From: Candidatus Nomurabacteria bacterium
GTDB taxonomy: Bacteria; Patescibacteriota; Minisyncoccia; Phycocordibacterales; UBA9973
DNA length: 51,627 nucleotides
Direction of reading: 5' to 3'
Assembly: GCA_026395955.1 (NCBI GenBank)
Contig: JAPLXR010000009.1
Location: 1 to 51,627 of the forward strand
Numbering within the stretch: position 1 is the first letter of the stretch; each line of letters opens with the position of its first letter. The position numbers and the translations under genes are program-made. The notes below the pieces were generated by a model, which saw only the letters and a list, made by a program, of their open reading frames with translations, ran no database searches and was not told the DNA's origin. Shown here one piece after another: positions 18,815-25,406 of the stretch.

Positions 18815-18974
18815 AATTCGTATATAATATAAAGTACTTGTCCCGTACTAAAATTTTGATTACGGGATATAAAGATAGAAGATTATTAATTAAATTTTTA
18901 GTACTGGGATGTTAGATATTAAATTTATACGTTAAAATAAGGAGATAGTTCAAGCTGGTGCTGTAAAAAAGCAT

Positions 18975-20174
18975 GTGGATATTGATATTGAAAAGCTTAT
19001 AGCCCTTGACGATGAACGCTTGGTAATCTTAAAAGAAGTAGAGCAATTACGTACTGAAATCAATAGAGTTTCCAATGATATTGGACGTGATCAAGATTCA
19101 GCTTTGAAAGTTCAGCTCATCGAAGAAATGCGCATTGTTAAAGATGAGATAAAAGCTAAAGAAGAAAAATTGAAACAAATAATGGAAGATTGGCAGAAAC
19201 TCATGATCCAAGTTCCAAATGTTCCTGATATTACAGTACCAGAAGGTAAGGATGATGAAGATAATGCAGAAGTTCGTGTCTGGGGAGAAAAAACTGTTTT
19301 TGATTTTACACCAAAAGACCATATCGAATTAATGGAAAAATTAGACATGGTTGATTTTGATCGTGGAGTAAAAGTTTCTGGTTTTCGTGGATACTTTATG
19401 AAAAATGATGGTACAACCTTGTTTTTTGCATTGTGGCAATATTTTTTAAATTATTTTATTGAAGCTGGTTATACACCGATGATCGTTCCTTCTCTTGTTC
19501 GTAAAGAATCTCTAATCGGTACTGGAATGCTTCCACAATCAGAAGAAGATTTGTATAAAGTAGGTGAAAACGAATATCTCGCAGGTACTGCCGAAGTAGC
19601 AACTATGGGATATTACATGAATGAAGTTTTAGATAAAAAAGATTTACCAAAGAAATTTATTTCTTTTTCCCCGTGTTTCCGTGCAGAAGCAGGTAAACAT
19701 GGTAAAGATACAAAAGGCATTATCCGTGTTCACGAATTTTTCAAAATAGAACAAGTTATTTTAACAGAAGCTTCACATGAAGAGTCTGTAAAATGGCACG
19801 AAGAAATAACAATGCATGTAGAAAAATTGATGCAATCTTTGGAAATACCATATCATGTCGTTATGAATTGCGGAGGTGATTTAGGTCTCGGACAAGTAAA
19901 AAAATACGATATCGAAGCATGGATGCCTTCACAACAAAAATATCGTGAAACTCATTCTTCAAGTTATTTCCATGATTTCCAAACTCGTCGTTTAAATATT
20001 CGCTATCGTGACGATGAGGGTAAATTGCATTTTGTTCATTCTTTAAACAATACTGCTTGTGCTACATCTCGATTACCGGCTGCTCTCGTAGAGAATTTTC
20101 AACAAGCTGATGGCTCAATAAAAATTCCGGAAGTGCTCAGAAAATACATGGGTGGAAAAGAATTCATAAAGTAA
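18975..20174 (+). CDS. serS: Seryl-tRNA synthetase. This is the ORF as called from GTG. The ancestral start is the ATG at 18909, which is interrupted by an in-frame TAA at 18933-18935.
   Basis: Class II aaRS motifs are present (FSPCFRAEAG, TSRLPAALVEN). The in-frame upstream sequence encodes MLDIKFIR-stop-NKEIVQAGAVKKH, which matches the canonical SerS N-terminus MLDIKFIRENPE. Confidence 0.9.
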   Translation: MDIDIEKLIALDDERLVILKEVEQLRTEINRVSNDIGRDQDSALKVQLIEEMRIVKDEIKAKEEKLKQIMEDWQKLMIQVPNVPDITVPEGKDDEDNAEVRVWGEKTVFDFTPKDHIELMEKLDMVDFDRGVKVSGFRGYFMKNDGTTLFFALWQYFLNYFIEAGYTPMIVPSLVRKESLIGTGMLPQSEEDLYKVGENEYLAGTAEVATMGYYMNEVLDKKDLPKKFISFSPCFRAEAGKHGKDTKGIIRVHEFFKIEQVILTEASHEESVKWHEEITMHVEKLMQSLEIPYHVVMNCGGDLGLGQVKKYDIEAWMPSQQKYRETHSSSYFHDFQTRRLNIRYRDDEGKLHFVHSLNNTACATSRLPAALVENFQQADGSIKIPEVLRKYMGGKEFIK

Positions 20175-20175
20175 A

Positions 20176-21030
20176 TTGATGATTCAAAAAAAAGTCATTT
20201 TAAATTCGCCTAAGGTTGAAGAACTGAAGAAAAAGAGGCGTAAAGAATTGCGAAACAAAATAATATTTTGGGCTATTATTGTTTTGGCTTTTTTTGTAAT
20301 TTTGATTTTTTTATCTAGAATTAAAAAAATAAATATAGATACTGTTGTTATTTCAGGTAATAAAATAGTTGAAACTAAAGATATAGAAAATATTGTGAAG
20401 ATGGATTTATCTGGTAACTATATGTATTTTTTACCACATTCAAATCGTTTCATTTATCCTGAAAAAAAAATTAAAGATGATTTGATGGATAAATTTAAAA
20501 GAATTATAGATATTTCTATAAATTTAAAAGGCAATAAAATATTAGAAGTAAATGTAAAGGAAAGAGATGGGAAATATTTATATTGTGGAGAAACTGCTGT
20601 ATCTATAGATGCTACGACAGGATGTTATTTTATAGATGATAATGGTTATATTTTTGATAATGCACCATATTTTTCAGATGGAGTGTATTTTAAATTTTAT
20701 GGGCATTTAGATGATACAGACAATAATCCTGTCGGTTTATATTTCTTGAAAAATGACTTTATGAGATTAGTGTCTCTTAAAGAAAATTTAGAAAAATTAA
20801 ATTTAAAAATAAATTCTTTCTTTTTAAATCCTGATGGTTATATGATTATCAATCTTTCTAGTGGTGCTGAGATTCGTTTTAAAACAGATTCCGATTTTGA
20901 TAAACTGGTTGAGAATTTGCATGCTGCTTTAACAACAGAAACATTTCATACTGATTTTCAAAAAAAATACGATTCTTTACTTTATATTGATTTAAGGTTT
21001 GGTAATAAGATATACTACAAATTTAAATGA
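20176..21030 (+). CDS. FtsQ-like cell-division protein (N-terminal TM helix plus POTRA domain)
   Basis: Basic N-terminus, TM IIFWAIIVLAFFVILIFL, then INIDTVVISGNKIVETKDIENIV...ILEVNVKERD, a POTRA/FtsQ-type pattern. The alternative start is the ATG at 20179. Confidence 0.55.
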   Translation: MMIQKKVILNSPKVEELKKKRRKELRNKIIFWAIIVLAFFVILIFLSRIKKINIDTVVISGNKIVETKDIENIVKMDLSGNYMYFLPHSNRFIYPEKKIKDDLMDKFKRIIDISINLKGNKILEVNVKERDGKYLYCGETAVSIDATTGCYFIDDNGYIFDNAPYFSDGVYFKFYGHLDDTDNNPVGLYFLKNDFMRLVSLKENLEKLNLKINSFFLNPDGYMIINLSSGAEIRFKTDSDFDKLVENLHAALTTETFHTDFQKKYDSLLYIDLRFGNKIYYKFK

Positions 21031-22103
21031 TAAATTTCTGGATAAAACTTAAGAAACCTTTTTTCGTATTAGCTCCGATGGCAGATGTCACAGACTGTGC
21101 TTTTCGACAGATAATAGCGAAATATTCTAGACATGGTGAAGAGGGTGGTGGACCTGATGTTTTTTGGACTGAGTTCGTATCTGCGGACGGGCTCGCTCAT
21201 CCTGATGCTAGAGAAAAATTACTTATTGATTTAAAATTTGAGAAAAATGAACACCCTATAGTAGCGCAAATATTCGGCTCGAATGCTGACAATATCCGTG
21301 AGGCGGCGAAATTGTGCGCAGAGCTTGGCTTTGATGGAGTAGATATCAATATGGGCTGTCCTGATAAAAGTATCGAGAAACAAGGTGCAGGAGCTTCTAG
21401 TATGAAGGATCCAGCTCATTCTCGGGAAATAATCCGTGCTGCAAAAGAAGGTGCTCCAAACCTTCCAATATCAGTGAAGACTCGTATTGGTTACAATAAA
21501 AATGAAATCGAAACTTGGATTCCAGAAATTTTAAAAGAAGGAGTCGCAGTATTGACTGTGCATTTACGAACTAGGAAAGAAATGTCTCTCGTTCCAGCGC
21601 ATTGGGATTTGATGCCTAGTGTCGTCGCACTAAGAGATAAAATAGCACCGGAAACTTTAATAATAGGGAATGGTGATGTTCTAAATTTAGAAGATGGAAA
21701 TAAAAAATGCCTTGAAACTGGTTGTGACGGAGCGATGCTTGGCCGTGCTATTTTTGGAAATCCATGGCTATTTGATGGAAACATAAAACCAAAGGAAAAA
21801 GCTTCTCTCGAAAAGCACGAAAATTTTTTGCAGAAAATTTTCTCTGTCCGTCGCCGTCGCTCCTCCCAAGGCTTTTCTCAAGAACTTTTTCCTTCGGTTA
21901 AAGATAAATTAAATGTTATGGTAGAACATACAAAACTTTTTGAAGAACTTCTCGGTGGCCACAAAAATTTCGCAATTATGAAAAAGCATTACAAGGCATA
22001 CTGTAATGATTTCAGGGGAGCAAAAGAGCTTCGCATGAAACTCATGGAAGCAGAAAATTCCAGTGAAGTAGAATCTATTGTAAAAGAATTTTTAAAGACA
22101 TAA
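21027..22103 (+). CDS. dus: tRNA-dihydrouridine synthase (Dus family)
   Basis: FVLAPMADVTDCAFRQI, GFDGVDINMGCP, SVKTRIG, LTVHLRTR and GNGDV. The start overlaps the upstream stop (ATGA). Confidence 0.85.
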   Translation: MINFWIKLKKPFFVLAPMADVTDCAFRQIIAKYSRHGEEGGGPDVFWTEFVSADGLAHPDAREKLLIDLKFEKNEHPIVAQIFGSNADNIREAAKLCAELGFDGVDINMGCPDKSIEKQGAGASSMKDPAHSREIIRAAKEGAPNLPISVKTRIGYNKNEIETWIPEILKEGVAVLTVHLRTRKEMSLVPAHWDLMPSVVALRDKIAPETLIIGNGDVLNLEDGNKKCLETGCDGAMLGRAIFGNPWLFDGNIKPKEKASLEKHENFLQKIFSVRRRRSSQGFSQELFPSVKDKLNVMVEHTKLFEELLGGHKNFAIMKKHYKAYCNDFRGAKELRMKLMEAENSSEVESIVKEFLKT

Positions 22104-22116
22104 TCGTATTTTATAC

Positions 22117-22154
22117 GACTCACCACACTTAGCGATAGCAGAGATTGGTGAGTC
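22117..22154 (+). repeat. Hairpin element A (gactcacc-N22-ggtgagtc) whose loop carries ttagcgatagcaga
   Basis: Perfect 8-bp stem at 22117-22124 / 22147-22154. The loop 14-mer at 22129-22142 recurs as its reverse complement at 22697-22710. Confidence 0.7.
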
Positions 22155-22156
22155 TG

Positions 22157-22165
22157 TGATATACT
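22157..22165 (+). promoter_or_regulatory. Extended -10 TGaTATACT exactly 6 nt upstream of the ATG at 22172 (candidate leaderless promoter)
   Basis: tgatatact-ttatat-ATG. Confidence 0.45.
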
Positions 22166-22171
22166 TTATAT

Positions 22172-22672
22172 ATGAAAAATAATAAATCTATTATTGAAAG
22201 TTTTTTAGAAGAACTTTTGAAGTCCAACATAAGATATGGTGGTGTAGCTGTAAATTTGTTAGGTTTACCTGTCTTTAATAAAAAATATTCTAAGACCTCC
22301 TTTGCAAATGCTATTTCAAGAATGAAGAAAAATAATTTTATTGAAAATGATGGCGAGTTTTTGAAAATTACTCCTAAGGGCAAAGAATACATAAAAAGAA
22401 AACAAGATAGTTTACAAGTATTCTCTAATACATTCAAAAAAGATTCACCAAAGAACTTAATAGTAATGTTTGATATACCAGAAGGTAAAAAGGCTGAAAG
22501 GGAATGGTTCAGATTTCACTTAAAGAAATTTAACTATGTAATGGTTCAGAGAAGTGTCTGGGTTGGTCCTTCACCATTACCAAAGGACTTTATGAATTAT
22601 GTGGAATCAATAAAGCTCAAAGATTGTATTAAGACTTTTAAACTCGCAAAAGCTTACAAAATCGATAAGTAA
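22172..22672 (+). CDS. PaaX-like regulator: N-terminal winged helix plus a C-terminal Cas2/VapD-like ferredoxin-fold domain
   Basis: The C-terminal LIVMFDIPEGKKAEREWFRFHLKKFNYVMVQRSVWVGP matches the (V/I)xFDIPE..R...R..L...GF..LQ.SVW pattern of the PaaX C-terminal/Cas2-fold domains. The N-terminal ~75 aa look like a wHTH. Confidence 0.5.
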   Translation: MKNNKSIIESFLEELLKSNIRYGGVAVNLLGLPVFNKKYSKTSFANAISRMKKNNFIENDGEFLKITPKGKEYIKRKQDSLQVFSNTFKKDSPKNLIVMFDIPEGKKAEREWFRFHLKKFNYVMVQRSVWVGPSPLPKDFMNYVESIKLKDCIKTFKLAKAYKIDK

Positions 22673-22686
22673 GTATATAAAAAAAT

Positions 22687-22720
22687 AATCTCACTTTCTG
22701 CTATCGCTAATGCTGAGATT
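22687..22720 (+). repeat. Hairpin element B (aatctca-N20-tgagatt) whose loop carries tctgctatcgctaa, the reverse complement of the element A loop 14-mer
   Basis: 7-bp stem at 22687-22693 / 22714-22720. The loop 14-mer lies at 22697-22710. Confidence 0.7.
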
Positions 22721-22910
22721 GCCTTGTCAGTAATATAGAAAAAAGGTGGATTTGAGGTTTATGTATAAATTTGACGAATGATATCAATTATGTTAGAGTT
22801 TGTTTAATTAATTAGTTCTTTAAAAAAGATTTTTGGGTATGGCAATTATAATATAATTTTACTTTTGTATTATTATTGCTCTAACCTAACAATCTAAAAA
22901 AGAGTATAAA

Positions 22911-23363
22911 ATGAACATTAGAAAAAAATATGATTACTTTGAGTACAAAAAAGTAATGTGGTTATTAAATCAATTAAAAAATGATCTAGAAACAAGTCAA
23001 CCATTAAAAGGAAAACTTTCTTTAGAAATTCGTTCCCTAGAAAAAGGAAATGATAATGAAGTTATTGGAAATTATTTTTTACCAAGACATTTAAATAATT
23101 TTGAGTTAATTTATTGTTTACTTAAATATGATAATTATTCGTATATTCTTGGATTTTCAATGAATGAATCCATCTGCAAAGTTTTTAGTTGTTGTGATGA
23201 TTTTGTGGTGAATGGTACTATATTTGAAAAAATTCTTGAATTCAATGATAAAAATAAAAATTTTAATGATATTTCTTGGAAAAAAATGTTTACTCTTTTT
23301 GTAAACAAAGTAAGGATGATTACTCAAAATTTTGAAGAGTTTGAAAAACTTGAATCTGAGTAA
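22911..23363 (+). CDS. Hypothetical protein, 150 aa, no recognisable motif
   Basis: Intact ORF followed by a strong terminator. Asn/Lys-rich, with no signal peptide or TM helix. Confidence 0.45.
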   Translation: MNIRKKYDYFEYKKVMWLLNQLKNDLETSQPLKGKLSLEIRSLEKGNDNEVIGNYFLPRHLNNFELIYCLLKYDNYSYILGFSMNESICKVFSCCDDFVVNGTIFEKILEFNDKNKNFNDISWKKMFTLFVNKVRMITQNFEEFEKLESE

Positions 23364-23378
23364 GTTTGTCCTTTGAAT

Positions 23379-23421
23379 AAAAGCGCTTTTAGTTAAATTA
23401 CTAAAAGTGCTTTTTTATTTT
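23379..23421 (+). terminator. Intrinsic terminator after the 150-aa ORF
   Basis: aagcgcttttagt-taaatt-actaaaagtgctt is a 13-bp stem with one G-U pair. It is followed by ttttttatttt. Confidence 0.7.
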
Positions 23422-23432
23422 CCTATTTTTTC

Positions 23433-23441
23433 TGTTATACT
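23433..23441 (+). promoter_or_regulatory. Extended -10 TGtTATACT exactly 6 nt upstream of the dnaX ATG (candidate leaderless promoter)
   Basis: tgttatact-agaccc-ATG(23448). Confidence 0.45.
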
Positions 23442-23447
23442 AGACCC

Positions 23448-24485
23448 ATGATCGAACTGGCATTATATCGAAAATATAGACCACAAAGCTTCGCAGATAT
23501 GCTCGGACAAGAGCATATAGCGAGTGTTTTACAGTCTTCTATCGATTCAGGGAAGATTTCTCATTCATACCTTTTTGTCGGTTCTAGAGGCACTGGGAAG
23601 ACTAGTGCCGCGCGCATATTTGCGCGCGGCATTGGCGTCTCAGAAAATGATATCTATGAAATAGACGCCGCTTCAAACAGAGGTGTGGAAGATGTGCGTG
23701 AACTTCGTGACGGAGTGCGAGTACTTCCTTTTGATTCAAAATATAAAGTTTACATTCTCGATGAGGTGCATATGTTCACAAAAGATTCTTGGAATACACT
23801 TCTCAAAACTCTCGAAGAGCCACCGAATCATGTGATCTTTATAATGGCGACGACAGAACTTCACAAAGTTCCAGACACTATTATTTCCCGTTGTCAGATT
23901 TTCACATTCAAAAAGCCTAGTGATTTAATTTTAAAAAATATGATTATTGAGGTAGCTAAAAAAGAAGGCTACAGTCTAGACAATGGCTCTGCAGAACTCA
24001 TCGCAATACTCGGTGATGGATCTTTCCGTGATGCACTCGGAGCTTTACAAAAAGTCCTCAACTTTGCTACAGGTAAAAAAGTCACTCGCGAAGATGTAGA
24101 AAAAATAACTGGCGCTCCGAAGACTACGCTCGTAAATGAATTTCTTTCAGCGATAGCAAATAAAAATATCGAAGAAGGAATACTCGCAGTGCGCAAAGCA
24201 GGGGAGGAAAACCTAGATATGAAACTTTTCACAAAGTTAATTATTCAAAAATTTCGAATGGCGGTGGTCCTGCGCTATGCGCCTAAACTCGAACGTGAAA
24301 TGTCAGGGGATTTGTCTCCAGAAGATTTAGAATTCTTAAAAGAACTTGTGAAGACTGATAAAGAAGGAATGCTCCGTTCAGGACAACTCTCTGTTATATT
24401 AGAAGCTTATCAAAATATCGATAGAGCTTTTGTAGATTCACTACCACTTGAAATGGCAGTGATAAAAATTCTTTCCAAAGAATAG
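23448..24485 (+). CDS. dnaX: DNA polymerase III subunit gamma/tau (short form, 345 aa)
   Basis: YRPQSFADMLGQEHI, the Walker A motif GSRGTGKTS, DEVHMF and the ISRCQIF sensor motif. Confidence 0.9.
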   Translation: MIELALYRKYRPQSFADMLGQEHIASVLQSSIDSGKISHSYLFVGSRGTGKTSAARIFARGIGVSENDIYEIDAASNRGVEDVRELRDGVRVLPFDSKYKVYILDEVHMFTKDSWNTLLKTLEEPPNHVIFIMATTELHKVPDTIISRCQIFTFKKPSDLILKNMIIEVAKKEGYSLDNGSAELIAILGDGSFRDALGALQKVLNFATGKKVTREDVEKITGAPKTTLVNEFLSAIANKNIEEGILAVRKAGEENLDMKLFTKLIIQKFRMAVVLRYAPKLEREMSGDLSPEDLEFLKELVKTDKEGMLRSGQLSVILEAYQNIDRAFVDSLPLEMAVIKILSKE

Positions 24486-24536
24486 TTGAAAAAATAAGGT
24501 TTTTATTATAAACTGTATAAGTTCTCGTTTTTACAT

Positions 24537-24607
24537 TGGGAGATCGTCTAACGGTAGGACAGAGGCCTTTGAAGCCTTTAATTGGGGTTCGATTCCCTAT
24601 CTCCCAG
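24537..24607 (+). tRNA. tRNA-Gln (anticodon TTG), CCA not encoded
   Basis: Hand-folded cloverleaf. Acceptor tgggaga/tctccca gives the U1-A72 pair. D-stem gtct/ggac with a GG loop. Anticodon stem gaggc/gcctt with loop c-t-TTG-a-a. T-arm tgggg-ttcgatt-cccta. Discriminator G. Confidence 0.9.
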
Positions 24608-24609
24608 CA

Positions 24610-25356
24610 ATGGCAAAAGAAGAGAAAATCTATATATATGGCAAGCATGCAGTAATGGAAGCATTGGCGAATAAACCTGAAAGTTTGAAAAAGGTTTTTT
24701 TAGCGAATCAAGACGATGCTGAATTGATGGCTTTGGTAAATAAATCCGGTGTTAATGTTTCAAAATTCAATGGTTCTGAAACAGGAGGCCTCGATCGTGA
24801 TGCAAAACATCAAGGAATTATCGGCTTACTCTCTGTCGATCGTTTAGTTTTGAACTATGATAATTTTATAAAGAATTTAAAAATAACTCCAGACACTTGT
24901 CTAGTTATTTTAGGAGAACTTCAAGATCCACAAAACGTCGGATCAATTATTCGTACTTCTGCTGCTATGGGTATCGCTGGTATTTTTATTCCTGAACACA
25001 ATCAAGCTCCAGTCACTGGCGCAGTAGTAAAAGTTTCTGCTGGTATGGCTTTTCGTGTACCACTTATACAAATAGGAAATATAAATAATTTAATTAAAGA
25101 TTTAAAAGAAAAAGGTTTCTGGATTTATGGACTCGATGGTGAATCAAAACAATCACTCAATGATGAAAAATTTGAAACACCAACTGTTTTTATAATAGGG
25201 AATGAAGCTCGCGGAATCCGTGAAAAAACTCGTGAACACTGTGATGTAATGCTCCGAATTCCTATGCATAAACAATGTGAATCAATGAATGCCGCAGTTT
25301 CTACGGCGATAGCTCTATATGCTTGGAGTGAGAGGCATTCTAATGCATTAAATTAA
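24610..25356 (+). CDS. SpoU/TrmH-family RNA 2'-O-methyltransferase (RlmB-like)
   Basis: N-terminal IYGKHAVMEAL (substrate-binding domain). SpoU motifs LGELQDPQNVGSIIRTSAAMG, IIGNEARGI and ESMNAAVSTAIALY. Confidence 0.85.
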   Translation: MAKEEKIYIYGKHAVMEALANKPESLKKVFLANQDDAELMALVNKSGVNVSKFNGSETGGLDRDAKHQGIIGLLSVDRLVLNYDNFIKNLKITPDTCLVILGELQDPQNVGSIIRTSAAMGIAGIFIPEHNQAPVTGAVVKVSAGMAFRVPLIQIGNINNLIKDLKEKGFWIYGLDGESKQSLNDEKFETPTVFIIGNEARGIREKTREHCDVMLRIPMHKQCESMNAAVSTAIALYAWSERHSNALN

Positions 25357-25406
25357 ATAAAAATATTTTTATTTTCTTAATTAAACTGATATAATAATAT
25401 TATATT

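Noticed and set aside
18835-18908. Possible T-box or other riboswitch leader upstream of serS (hairpins agtac-ttgtccc-gtact and tcccgta-N13-tacggga)
   Set aside because: The available leader is only about 75 nt. That is far shorter than a T-box, and I see no specifier-loop or T-box consensus. It is probably just a short structured 5' UTR between the divergent dprA and serS promoters.
18933-18935. Alternative genetic code (stop-codon reassignment, as in UGA-recoding CPR lineages) as an explanation for the in-frame stop in serS
   Set aside because: ORFs of 2971 and 3813 codons are open under the standard code, and TAA terminates most genes in this window. A single in-frame TAA is better explained by a point change. 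It is kept as a finding, but not as evidence for recoding.
22129-22437. 102-aa minus-strand ORF overlapping the PaaX-like gene
   Set aside because: It lies opposite a plus-strand ORF that has a recognisable domain pattern and a well-placed promoter. Its translation is a hydrophobic, low-complexity artefact of AT-rich DNA.
24394-24648. 84-aa minus-strand ORF spanning the dnaX 3' end, the tRNA and the methyltransferase start
   Set aside because: It runs antisense through a well-folded tRNA-Gln and two motif-supported CDSs, so it is spurious.
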